Origin: an uncultured Chloroflexia bacterium
Lineage (GTDB): Bacteria; Chloroflexota; Chloroflexia; QHBQ01; JADMIH01
DNA length: 64,000 nt
Direction: 5' to 3'
NCBI GenBank assembly: GCA_963797095.1
Contig: CAWCNY010000002.1
Span: forward strand, 768,001 to 832,000
Shown piece by piece: positions 43,023 to 52,800 of the stretch (its first letter is position 1; the number at the start of each line of letters is the position of its first letter). The notes beneath the pieces are model-generated. The model saw only the letters and a program-made list of their open reading frames with translations, was not told the DNA's origin and did no database searches. A program made the position numbers and the translations under genes.

Positions 43023-44105
43023 ATGACTCACAGAGTTACCCTTATTCCAGGTGACGGCATCGGGCCGGAGATTTCGCAGGCCACCCAGCGCGTGATCGAT
43101 GCGCTTGGTGCTGGCATTGAGTGGGACGTGATGGACGCGGGCGAGGCGGCCATTGCGCGCACGGGCCAACCTCTTCCGCCGGAGGTGGTCGAATCGGTGC
43201 GCCGCAACAAGGTAGCCATCAAAGGGCCGATCACTACCCCCGTAGGCAAAGGCTTCAGGTCGGTAAACGTCGGCCTTCGTAAGTCGCTCGACCTCTACGC
43301 CAATATACGCCCCTGCAAGACCCGCAAGGGTGTCCGCTCGCGCTACGAAGGGATAGATCTGGTGGTGGTGCGCGAAAACACCGAAGACCTATATGCGGGC
43401 ATAGAGTTTGCCGAGGGCACGCCCGAAGTAGCCGAGCTTATACAGTGGATCGGCCAGAAGAGCGGTGCCGCTATCCGCCCCGACTCTGCCATCTCCATCA
43501 AACCGATCTCTATAAGTGGCAGCAGGCGTATCGCGGAGTTCGCCTTCAAGTATGCCGAGGAAAACGGGCGAAGAAAGGTGAGCGCCGTCCACAAGGCCAA
43601 CATTATGAAGGCCACCGACGGCCTCTATTTGCGTGTGGCCGAGGAAGTGGCAGCCAGTCACCCCTCGATCGCCTTCGAGAACGTGATCGTAGACAACATG
43701 TGCATGCAGCTGGTACAGAAGCCCGACCTGTATGATGTGCTGGTGCTACCCAACCTCTATGGCGACATCATATCCGACCTTTGCGCGGGCCTCGTCGGAG
43801 GGTTAGGGGTGGCCCCTGGTGCCAACATCGGCGGTGGAGTAGCCCTCTTTGAGCCGATCCACGGCAGCGCGCCCAAATACGCGGGCCAGAACAAGGTCAA
43901 CCCGATGGCGATGATGTACTCAGGCGTGATGATGCTCAACTGGATCGATGAGCGCGCAGCCGCTGACCGCCTCGAGCGCGCCCTCGATGAGACCATAGCC
44001 GAAGGCGTCGATGTCACTTACGACCTCAAGCAGCGCCGTGACGACCCCACCGCCAAGAGTACATCCGAGGTTGCAGATGCCCTAATAAGAAAGCTTCGCG
44101 GTTGA
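43023..44105 (+). CDS. Isocitrate/isopropylmalate dehydrogenase family protein (NAD-IDH-like)
   Basis: [43 protein letters not shown]. Confidence 0.9.
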   Translation: MTHRVTLIPGDGIGPEISQATQRVIDALGAGIEWDVMDAGEAAIARTGQPLPPEVVESVRRNKVAIKGPITTPVGKGFRSVNVGLRKSLDLYANIRPCKTRKGVRSRYEGIDLVVVRENTEDLYAGIEFAEGTPEVAELIQWIGQKSGAAIRPDSAISIKPISISGSRRIAEFAFKYAEENGRRKVSAVHKANIMKATDGLYLRVAEEVAASHPSIAFENVIVDNMCMQLVQKPDLYDVLVLPNLYGDIISDLCAGLVGGLGVAPGANIGGGVALFEPIHGSAPKYAGQNKVNPMAMMYSGVMMLNWIDERAAADRLERALDETIAEGVDVTYDLKQRRDDPTAKSTSEVADALIRKLRG

Positions 44106-44133
44106 TATTTGCCCGTCACCCTTGCGCTAAAGG

Positions 44134-44163
44134 ATCCCGTCTTTCAACAGACGGGATTTTTCT
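44134..44163 (+). terminator. Intrinsic terminator
   Basis: ATCCCGTCT/AGACGGGAT stem followed by a T-run, ~30 bp after the stop. Confidence 0.75.
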
Positions 44164-44360
44164 TATCCATTATGTCTCTTGCTTGTTATGGGGAAGCGAT
44201 TGCGCAGTCTGACCCGCCCGTTTAATATCTTCTCCTCTATTCGGAATATGGTATAATTAACCCACAACTGAATGATATGTATGCATTGAATTGTAGTGCC
44301 GGGTCTTGCACGTCTGCTACAGATGGGCGTAGTCGGTGAAGATTCATTACTTCACCGGCT

Positions 44361-46775
44361 GTGAGTTTACCATATACAACCAGGACTTGGCTGCACTCTC
44401 CTGGCGGTGCATCCGACATTCTTGTTAAGCGTTCAACTGCTTGTCAGATGAAGGAGGGTTCGATCATGTGGCATCAGAGAACTTTCTGGTGCAAGATAGC
44501 TCGCGCTCATACGTCGGTAAGCGTCTGGCGAACACGATATCCTCAATATATGCCTATCTCTGTGGTCGTGATAAGCCTGGTGCTATCGACCTTGTCTCTC
44601 ACGGTTCGTCTTTTATTAGCCCCCGCCAATGCAGGCATTGATGATGCCTGGTGGAGTGCAAGCGCATACATCTATCTTACCTCTTTCGCTGTTGTGCTCC
44701 TGGGTCTCCTCTTGAACAAGCGTGTATCAGCTTTCCGTCCCATATTGGCCGCCGGGTCTATATATGAGGACAACAGGTGCGCACCCAGTGATATGGTCCC
44801 GATAGTCGGCTCAGATGAGCAATCCGTCAGCGATACAGAGCGGCACAGCGCGCATGGCGATCACGAGAATATTGAAGAGGCGCTAAAGACCAGTCGTGCG
44901 CATCTGGCGGGCATCATCGGCTCTGCGATGGATGCCGTTATCACCATCGATGAGGAGCAACGCATTCTCATCTTCAACTCCGCAGCCGAGCGCATGTTCA
45001 GTTATAGCGCGAATGATGTGATAGGCCACCCCCTTGAAACTCTTATCCCTAAGCGCTTCAGAAAGGCTCATGCCAAACACATAAAGAATTTCGCGCTAAC
45101 GAATATCACCAACCGCAGGATGGGTTCCCTCGGCCAGCTAATGGGTCTACGCTCTACCGGGGAAGAGTTTTACATAGAGGCGTCCATTTCCCAGCTTGTA
45201 TCGGGCAAGCAAAAGCTCTTCACCGTTATCCTCCGTGATATCACCGAGCGTATACACGCCGAAGAAGCCCTGCGTGCTTCCGAAGCCAGGTACCGCGATC
45301 TTATTGAGCAAGCCGCCGACGGCATCATACTCTCTGATCGCGACGCAAACCTGATCGAAGTGAACAGAAGGGCTTGCGAAATGCTTGGCTACACACGAGA
45401 AGAACTCCTCGGCCTGAACCTTGCCGACTTGATACCTGCGGCAGACCTTGCCGCGCAACCTCTGGGCCATAAGACCCTGGCCACCGGTGAAACGATGTTA
45501 CAGGAGCGTAACCTGAGGCGAAAAGACGGCGCCCCGATCCCTGTTGAGAGTACCATCAAGAAGCTTGTCGATGGTACTGTACAATCAATAGTGCGTGATA
45601 TTACCGAGCGTAAGAGATCGGAGGAATTGCGCAAGGCGAAGGAAGTCGCCGAAGAAGCCAATAGGGCCAAAAGCGATTTCCTGTCTCGCATGAGCCATGA
45701 GCTACGCACACCCCTCAACTCTATCCTGGGGTTCGGGCAACTCCTTACCCTCGACAATATAACTCCGTCCCAGGCCGAGAACGTCAGTCAGATCCTGAAA
45801 GGTGGTTGGCATCTGCTCGACTTGATAAATGAGGTGTTGGACATTTCGCGGGTCGAGACAGGACGCCTCTCCCTCTCTCCTGAGCCGGTGCTGGCTTCAA
45901 CCCTGCTCAATGAATGCCTCCAATTGTCTCGTGTCATCGCCGACGAGCGTCAAATTATTATGTCCTCACCTGCCCCGGGCACGACCAACGTATATGTGCT
46001 GGCCGACCGTCAGCGCCTTACCCAGGTAATACTCAATCTGTTCGCCAATGCCATTAAATACAACCGCACGGGTGGTAGCGTAAGTGTATCCTGCACGGTG
46101 AACGCCGCAAAGACCCTCCGCATCAATGTCAGCGATACCGGCTATGGCATCCCAAAGGAGAAGATGCCCAGGCTCTTTACCCCCTTCGACCGCCTGGGAG
46201 CGGAAACCAGTGGAGTTGAAGGGACCGGCCTGGGGCTGGCGCTCTCCAAGAAGCTCATCGAGGCTATGCACGGGGATATCGGAGCAGAAAGTGTGAGCAA
46301 TAAAGGAAGCACTTTCTGGGTGGAGCTTCCCATAGCTGAAAGCCAGCTTGAGCGATTGGAGCGGGAAGAGATGCGGATCTTCCCGCAGGATATAGCGGCT
46401 ATGAAGACAAGCATCATTCTCTATATTGAGGATAACCTTGCGAATCTAAAACTGGTAGAGCGTCTCCTCGCTCGTTACCCGAACCTTACTTTACTTTCAG
46501 CGATGCAAGGCAGGCTTGGGATAGACCTGGCCCGGCAAGAGAAGCCCGATCTCATACTCCTCGATCTGCATCTGCCGGATATACATGGTGAAGAAGTGTT
46601 GCGTATGATGAAGACAGACCCTCTCACTGATTCGATCCCCGTGATCATAATCAGCGCCGATGCCACAAAGCGCGAGATGGATCTGTTGCGCACCGAAGGC
46701 GCTTACGCCTATCTGACCAAGCCTTTCGACGTCAGAAAATTCATCGATCTGGTGGAGGCTGTCCTGAAGCCGTGA
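44361..46775 (+). CDS. PAS-PAS hybrid sensor histidine kinase with receiver domain (start uncertain)
   Basis: Two TM segments, two PAS domains, MSHELRTPLN, NAIKYN, GTGLGL, LLDLHLPD. Confidence 0.92.
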   Translation: MSLPYTTRTWLHSPGGASDILVKRSTACQMKEGSIMWHQRTFWCKIARAHTSVSVWRTRYPQYMPISVVVISLVLSTLSLTVRLLLAPANAGIDDAWWSASAYIYLTSFAVVLLGLLLNKRVSAFRPILAAGSIYEDNRCAPSDMVPIVGSDEQSVSDTERHSAHGDHENIEEALKTSRAHLAGIIGSAMDAVITIDEEQRILIFNSAAERMFSYSANDVIGHPLETLIPKRFRKAHAKHIKNFALTNITNRRMGSLGQLMGLRSTGEEFYIEASISQLVSGKQKLFTVILRDITERIHAEEALRASEARYRDLIEQAADGIILSDRDANLIEVNRRACEMLGYTREELLGLNLADLIPAADLAAQPLGHKTLATGETMLQERNLRRKDGAPIPVESTIKKLVDGTVQSIVRDITERKRSEELRKAKEVAEEANRAKSDFLSRMSHELRTPLNSILGFGQLLTLDNITPSQAENVSQILKGGWHLLDLINEVLDISRVETGRLSLSPEPVLASTLLNECLQLSRVIADERQIIMSSPAPGTTNVYVLADRQRLTQVILNLFANAIKYNRTGGSVSVSCTVNAAKTLRINVSDTGYGIPKEKMPRLFTPFDRLGAETSGVEGTGLGLALSKKLIEAMHGDIGAESVSNKGSTFWVELPIAESQLERLEREEMRIFPQDIAAMKTSIILYIEDNLANLKLVERLLARYPNLTLLSAMQGRLGIDLARQEKPDLILLDLHLPDIHGEEVLRMMKTDPLTDSIPVIIISADATKREMDLLRTEGAYAYLTKPFDVRKFIDLVEAVLKP

Positions 46776-46899
46776 CCATTATATTACTAGGACCATCGCG
46801 TACGAAATCTAGGAGAATAGTAGGGCGGCCCACGGGCCGCCTCGTTGCTATAATTGAAACTGCAACGTATACAATACGCCGAATCCAACTCAGCGTCTT

Positions 46900-48240
46900 A
46901 TGGAAATCTCCTTCCCACAGGCAACGGCTGAAACAAGCAGCCCAAAGGCCGCCACCCAGCCGGCTGATATCTCATCGCAAAGCCTTCCTATAGAGGGGGC
47001 TTCGTCGCGCATCTGGCAGCGGCTCTTTGTGCTGGCTGTGTTTGCGATGGTCATGCTCATGGTGCTCAGGCCGTTCTATATGCCCGTAATCAACGGCGAC
47101 CATTATGTCTACCTGGCCGAGCACCTGGTCCATGGCGAATTGTCGGTAAACGACATCCCCGCCGGTTACTCCGACGTTATCACCTGGCAGGGCGATAAAT
47201 ATCTCCCCTTCGGCCCGTTGCCTGCCGTGTTGCTCGTTCCGTTCCTCCCGCTAATGCACCTGCTCGGTACACGCGAGTCTTCCCTGGCGGCCTACTTGCT
47301 CACCCTGCTCAACGTCTTGCTCCTCGCCCGCATCCTCAAGCAAATCGGCATCAGCGACGAGCAGCGAAAATGGGCGCTTCTGCTAATGTTTGGGGGTACA
47401 GTCTACTTCTCTATGGCAGTGGTAGCTGCTACGTGGTACTTCGCGCATATAGTTGCCACCACTTGCCTGTTGCTTGCGATTACCGAGGCGCTGGGCAAGA
47501 AGCGTATGCTCCTGGTCGGGCTATGCCTGGGGCTGGCCGAGGCGACCCGCTTCGACCTCTTGTTCGCGCTACCTTTCTTCGTGTGGGCCATCTGGCAAGG
47601 CCGAAACGTCACCCAGGATAATACCCAAGCCCATGTGAACTGGCATGATTATCTTTCCAGTTATTCTTTGATTCGTTATGCTGCCCTTCTTGGAGGTTTG
47701 ACAGTGCCTCTCTTGTTGGTTTTGGGTTACAACTATGGTCGTTTCGGCAGCCCATTTGAGAATGGTTATGGCTTGGCAGCGGTAACAAGCCCCATGCTGG
47801 CGGCGGCCTACGAGGGCGGATTCTTTAGCTTGGCGCACCTTCCTAAAAACCTCTTTGCACTCCTGCTCCAAGGCCCGCTCCCTTACCCTGCGGAAGATGC
47901 AGCTACCTTACAATTCCCCTATATGCAACCCTCACCCTGGGGTATGAGTATCCTGCTGACCTCACCTGCTATTCTCTACGCGTTTCGGGCTAAATGGAAA
48001 GAGCCTCTGGTACGTGCTTGCTGGGTAACCACAATCGCGATTGGTGCCACTCTCCTACCTTACTACTGGACGGGGTTCGTGCAGTTCGGCTACCGCTACG
48101 CCCTAGACTTCATCCCATTCTTGCTGTTGCTGGTTGCCCTTGGTCTACCGAAGCCGCTGACCGCATGGTCCCGCGTCTTGATCCTCATTAGCGTGGCGGT
48201 CAATATCTGGGGTGCTATTTTCCTGGCTAAGTGGATATAG
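46900..48240 (+). CDS. Integral membrane protein, GT-C glycosyltransferase-like
   Basis: Many TM helices; YLPFGPLPA, YNYGRFG, GYRYALD. Confidence 0.6.
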   Translation: MEISFPQATAETSSPKAATQPADISSQSLPIEGASSRIWQRLFVLAVFAMVMLMVLRPFYMPVINGDHYVYLAEHLVHGELSVNDIPAGYSDVITWQGDKYLPFGPLPAVLLVPFLPLMHLLGTRESSLAAYLLTLLNVLLLARILKQIGISDEQRKWALLLMFGGTVYFSMAVVAATWYFAHIVATTCLLLAITEALGKKRMLLVGLCLGLAEATRFDLLFALPFFVWAIWQGRNVTQDNTQAHVNWHDYLSSYSLIRYAALLGGLTVPLLLVLGYNYGRFGSPFENGYGLAAVTSPMLAAAYEGGFFSLAHLPKNLFALLLQGPLPYPAEDAATLQFPYMQPSPWGMSILLTSPAILYAFRAKWKEPLVRACWVTTIAIGATLLPYYWTGFVQFGYRYALDFIPFLLLLVALGLPKPLTAWSRVLILISVAVNIWGAIFLAKWI

Positions 48241-48312
48241 GGGCTACAGCCTCTTCACAACCCTACCCTGTAGACCGGCATAGCCGTCTTTTCCATAGCC
48301 GCCGTTTGCACC

Positions 48313-49689
48313 TCACCGGTCATGGTAGGTTTTCCAGCTTAACTTATCCCCGGTGCCATGTTCTTCCAGGCGTTCCTTCCGGCTCTTTACTGACCTGTGG
48401 GCCGTAGCGCGTTCATACACGCTTTCTATCCTGCCTGTAGCCTCTTCCCATGATAGCTCGCGTATTGCCTTCTCCCTTAGCCTCCGCCCGATCTCCCTGG
48501 CCTCCACCGGGTTGTCCACTACCGCGCACAACTTCTCTGCCAGCGCGCGCGAGTTGCCCCTTTCAGCATACACCCCCAGGTCGCCCAGGTATTCGTGGCT
48601 GATCGGCATCTCGAACGCCACCACGGGCAGCCCCATAGCCATATAGTTGCCGATCTTCCCTGCACCCTCGGTGGCCGACAATTTGGGTGCGACCGCCACA
48701 TCTCCCAACGCGAGGTAGCGCGGCGCGTCTCCGTACGGTATCCTCCCTGGAAAGCTCACCCACCCGTTCAGGCCAAGCTGATCGGCCTGGCTCCTGTACG
48801 TATCGACGCCAGGGAACCCCATGATCAGAAAATGGATGTCTCGCCGTCCCCACTCATTGATGATAATGGCGGCTGCTTCCAGCAGCAGGTCGGTGCCCTG
48901 GTACGGCGCGAGCAAACCCAGGTACGCCACTACTTTGTGGTCGAGTGGGATGCCCAGCGACTGCCTCAATGCCCTGCACGCCGCCCGTTCCATATCACTT
49001 GCAGGAGGCGCGAAACTGGCAGTGTTTACCGCGTCCGCCACCGTCGCGATCCTATCCGAATAATCGCCTGTAGCCGCCCGCAATGCGCTCTCCGCGTTAT
49101 GTGAAGAGGTGATCACGGCATCTGCCGCCCCGTCGATCCTGCGCTCAAGCCATGTAAGAGGCTTAAGGAATGAGGAGTTTTCGCCTATGAAATGATGATC
49201 CAGCATCTCCGCCGTCATGCTCCCCTGGTAATCGAACACCAGCGGCACATGGCGGATCTGCCTCACCGTCCACCCCAGCAACGCGCCCTCATGTATATGG
49301 GCGTGCACAATATCGGGCCGGAACCGGGCTGCCTCCCTTTGCACGGTAGCAAGCAGCGCCAGGTCGAAATACAATTTGTGGCGCGATGAACCGACCATCA
49401 CACCCCGCTTCCAGGGCACATCTATAGAGCGGCGTATATCTATGCCGTCAAGATTATTGCCCGTATGATATGTGCAGAGGAGGACAGAGTGACCGCGGCG
49501 CTGGAGGTGGGTGATCTCCTCCAGGATTCGGACGTGCGCGCCGTAGTCGGAGAAAAATGAGGTAGGTGCTATCGATAGTATGCGGTATGCCAATAATCTG
49601 TGCCCGGTGTCTGCTGGTTTCTGCCTGTCATTATATGGCCCTCCATCCGCGAGTGTCAAATTTGTTAGGACATAAGTGATCTGGAACAA
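48313..49689 (-). CDS. GT4 glycosyltransferase (start uncertain)
   Basis: PDIVHAH, YLGLLAPYQG, GKIGNYMAMGLPVV. Confidence 0.88.
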   Translation of the reverse strand: MFQITYVLTNLTLADGGPYNDRQKPADTGHRLLAYRILSIAPTSFFSDYGAHVRILEEITHLQRRGHSVLLCTYHTGNNLDGIDIRRSIDVPWKRGVMVGSSRHKLYFDLALLATVQREAARFRPDIVHAHIHEGALLGWTVRQIRHVPLVFDYQGSMTAEMLDHHFIGENSSFLKPLTWLERRIDGAADAVITSSHNAESALRAATGDYSDRIATVADAVNTASFAPPASDMERAACRALRQSLGIPLDHKVVAYLGLLAPYQGTDLLLEAAAIIINEWGRRDIHFLIMGFPGVDTYRSQADQLGLNGWVSFPGRIPYGDAPRYLALGDVAVAPKLSATEGAGKIGNYMAMGLPVVAFEMPISHEYLGDLGVYAERGNSRALAEKLCAVVDNPVEAREIGRRLREKAIRELSWEEATGRIESVYERATAHRSVKSRKERLEEHGTGDKLSWKTYHDR

Positions 49690-49730
49690 AATATGCTTCC
49701 TCTATGTAAGCACCGCACAGGAGGTCCAAA

Positions 49731-50147
49731 GTGAACGCCACCAACCCAAAAGCCCCAATTCGCCGCTTCGACGTGTTCGCGGAGTACACCAAGCAGAAGG
49801 CTATGCAGGACGGAATGCCCGAAGACGAAGCTGAGGGCTACGGCCTGTGGGTCGCCAAAGTAGTTGCCTCGCGCCGTTACGGTGGCGGGCCACCTGCCCA
49901 GCCTCCTCGTAAAGGCGGCGGCCACAAAGGCGAGACCGAACAGGAACACGAGCAGCAGCCCAAACCCAAATGGCACGACCTCGGAGGTGAGCCGCAGACC
50001 GACGCCCTATTCGAGCGCGAAGTCGTTGGGCGCATGGGCCGTCAGTTCTACAACACCGTGTTCGCCCCCGCCATAGAAGACGCCCTGGCCCAGGGCAAAA
50101 GCTACACGGCCATCCGCGACACGATCCGCAAGGACTGGAAGCCGTAA
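49731..50147 (+). CDS. Hypothetical protein
   Basis: AGGAGG SD before GTG; 138 aa; followed by a terminator. Confidence 0.7.
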   Translation: MNATNPKAPIRRFDVFAEYTKQKAMQDGMPEDEAEGYGLWVAKVVASRRYGGGPPAQPPRKGGGHKGETEQEHEQQPKPKWHDLGGEPQTDALFEREVVGRMGRQFYNTVFAPAIEDALAQGKSYTAIRDTIRKDWKP

Positions 50148-50155
50148 AAACCCAG

Positions 50156-50204
50156 GTACAAAGAGAAAGCAGTAGGCATCGCGCCTACTGCTTTCTCTTT
50201 GTAC
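50156..50204. terminator. Bidirectional terminator
   Basis: Perfect 22-bp stem with 5-nt loop between convergent genes. Confidence 0.8.
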
Positions 50205-50212
50205 TCTACTTT

Positions 50213-52609
50213 TCATGCGCCCCGCGCCACGTATTCCTGTTCCACAGGCTCCTTGCCATCCCACTCGGTGATGTGCCCGCAACGGATGCACTTCACCTTC
50301 TGTGGGCCTTCCTGCTTCTGCGTGCGCCCTACCACCGTCATGAGGCCGCCGCATTGCGGGCAGGGTAGAGGCACGGGCCTATCCCACGTAGAGAATTCAC
50401 AGTCGGGGTAGCGGCTGCACGAGTAAAAGATACGTCCCTTCTTGCTTTTCTTTTCGATCAACTGCCCTTCCCCGCACTGCGGACATTCCACCCCTGTGCT
50501 CACCACGATGGGGCGCGTGTATCTACACTTGGGGAAGCCTGAGCACGCTATGAACGGCCCGAACCTGCTCTCCCGTATCACAAGCTCGTGCCCCGACAGG
50601 GGACATAACTCCCCTATCTTCTCAGGCTCCGGCCTGGCGACCTCGATCCGGCCAACGCTCGTTTCGGCTGCTGCCAGCGCCCGTTCGAGCGGCCCGTAGA
50701 ACTCCGATATCACAGGCTGCCAGCGGCGGTCGCCCGATGCCACGTCGTCCAACTCCTCTTCCATATTAGAGGTGAAGCCGATATCCACTATGTCAGGGAA
50801 GTACTCTACCAGCAGATCGTTCACCGCGATCCCCAGGTCTGTCGGCAGGAATTTCTTCTCCTCCTTCACCACGTAGCCCCGGTCCTGTATGGTCGATAGG
50901 ATAGGCGCGTATGTAGATGGTCTGCCGATCCCTTGCTCCTCCAGCGTCTTGACCAGCGTGGCCTCCGTATACCGGGGTGGCGGTTGGGTGAAGTGCTGCT
51001 CAGGCCACAGCTTGAGCAGATCGAGCAACTCCCCTTCGGTCAGAGGCGGTAGGGCTGCCTGGTCCATCTCGTCCTCGGCGTCTCCGGCGTCGTGCCCCTC
51101 TCTGTACACGGATATGAACCCGGCAAACTTGATAACCGATCCGGTTGCCCTGAACGTATAGGGCCTTCGTCCCTCAGATTTTCCATTCTGGCCCTTGGCT
51201 TGCCGCCCATCGCCCGATGCCCACAGTTCATCGTCTGCCTTGCCTGCCCCCACATCCACCGTTGTCTGGTCGAATATGGCGTTAGCCATCTGCGATGCGA
51301 TGAACCTCTGCCAGATCAGCTTGTACAGGCGATACTGGTCCGACGAAAGATACTGCTTGATCCCATCCGGGTCTCGTCTCGCCAGCGTGGGGCGGACCGC
51401 CTCGTGCGCCTCCTGTGCGCGGGGGTTCTTGCGTGCATACACCGGCGGCGACCCAGGCACGAACTCTTTTCCAAAGCGCTCGGCGATTACCTCGCGTGCC
51501 TCTGCCTGTGCAACGCTCGCCACGTTGGTCGAGTCGGTCCTCATATACGTGATGAGTCCCGTGGACCCTTCTACTCCGATCTCTATCCCTTCGTACAACT
51601 GCTGCGCGATCAACATCGTCTTGCGCGCCGCGAAGTTAAACTTGCGTGATGCCTCTTGTTGGAGAGTAGATGTCGTGAAAGGCGGCGAAGGTCTCCGTTG
51701 CGCCTCGCGTTTCTTGACGCTCTCCACTACATATTCTGCGCTCTTGAGCGCGGTCATCACCCCATCCGCGTCCTCAGCGTTCTTCAGTTCGGGCTTCTTG
51801 CCCCTGATCAGCGCCAGTAGCGAATGGAATAAATCCTTCTTCTTGCCCGATGGGCGCTTGCTCAGGTCGGCCTCTATGCTCCAGTACTCTTCCGGTATAA
51901 ACGCATCGATCTCGCGCTCGCGCTCGACCACGAGGCGCACAGCCACGCTCTGCACCCTGCCGGCCGATAGCCCCCGCCGTACCTTCTTCCACAGCAGCGG
52001 CGACAGTTTGTAGCCGACCAGCCTGTCGAGCACTCTCCGTGCCTGTTGTGCGTCTACCATCCGCATATCGATCTCTCGCGGGCTGGATACAGCGGCCTGC
52101 ACCGCGCCCGGCGTGATTTCGTGGAACTCCACCCTGTACACCGGCTGCCCGCCGTTGCCCGCGCCCGTCACCTCGCGCACGTGCCACGCGATAGCCTCGC
52201 CCTCGCGGTCGGGGTCCGTCGCCAGGTATACTGCCCGCGCCGTTTGCACCCTCCCCTTGAGGTCCTTGACCGTCTTGCTCTTGTCTCGGGGTACCACGTA
52301 TTGAGGCGCGAATCCGTGCTCAACATCCACCCCCAGAGTCGACTTGGGGAGGTCGCGCACGTGCCCCATGCTCGCTTCTACAACGAAGTTGCGCCCTAAA
52401 TACTTCTTGATCGTCCTGGCCTTGGCGGGTGACTCCACGATCACGAGGTTGGTGCTCCCCCGTGTAACAGGCCCATTCCCCGACGCCCGTGTGGACCTCG
52501 CCGTGGTCGAGCGCGTGGTCGTGCTTTTGCCTTTAGAAGCTGCTGTGCTTCTGCTTTTACTTGTTGTTGTGGCACCTGTCGTGCCGCTGGTTTTTCTGGT
52601 GGTTGCCAT
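50213..52609 (-). CDS. topA: DNA topoisomerase I
   Basis: IVESPAK, ATDPDREGE, SAGRVQS, ITYMRTDS, GIGRPSTY, C-terminal zinc ribbons. Confidence 0.97.
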   Translation of the reverse strand: MATTRKTSGTTGATTTSKSRSTAASKGKSTTTRSTTARSTRASGNGPVTRGSTNLVIVESPAKARTIKKYLGRNFVVEASMGHVRDLPKSTLGVDVEHGFAPQYVVPRDKSKTVKDLKGRVQTARAVYLATDPDREGEAIAWHVREVTGAGNGGQPVYRVEFHEITPGAVQAAVSSPREIDMRMVDAQQARRVLDRLVGYKLSPLLWKKVRRGLSAGRVQSVAVRLVVEREREIDAFIPEEYWSIEADLSKRPSGKKKDLFHSLLALIRGKKPELKNAEDADGVMTALKSAEYVVESVKKREAQRRPSPPFTTSTLQQEASRKFNFAARKTMLIAQQLYEGIEIGVEGSTGLITYMRTDSTNVASVAQAEAREVIAERFGKEFVPGSPPVYARKNPRAQEAHEAVRPTLARRDPDGIKQYLSSDQYRLYKLIWQRFIASQMANAIFDQTTVDVGAGKADDELWASGDGRQAKGQNGKSEGRRPYTFRATGSVIKFAGFISVYREGHDAGDAEDEMDQAALPPLTEGELLDLLKLWPEQHFTQPPPRYTEATLVKTLEEQGIGRPSTYAPILSTIQDRGYVVKEEKKFLPTDLGIAVNDLLVEYFPDIVDIGFTSNMEEELDDVASGDRRWQPVISEFYGPLERALAAAETSVGRIEVARPEPEKIGELCPLSGHELVIRESRFGPFIACSGFPKCRYTRPIVVSTGVECPQCGEGQLIEKKSKKGRIFYSCSRYPDCEFSTWDRPVPLPCPQCGGLMTVVGRTQKQEGPQKVKCIRCGHITEWDGKEPVEQEYVARGA

Positions 52610-52800
52610 TCTTTCTTGTTGTTATCCTTATTCTGTTACAGCCCAAATTGATGTGCAAGGGTAATCTTACGCACATTATTACACACCTGTCAAGCCGCAA
52701 AGCATGCAATATCCGGAATTTGCATTCGTAATTGCAAACTCATAATCTGGTGCAGCTACGTTTGTTTTCACACCATTCTCGATGCCGTTGGCGAATTGGG

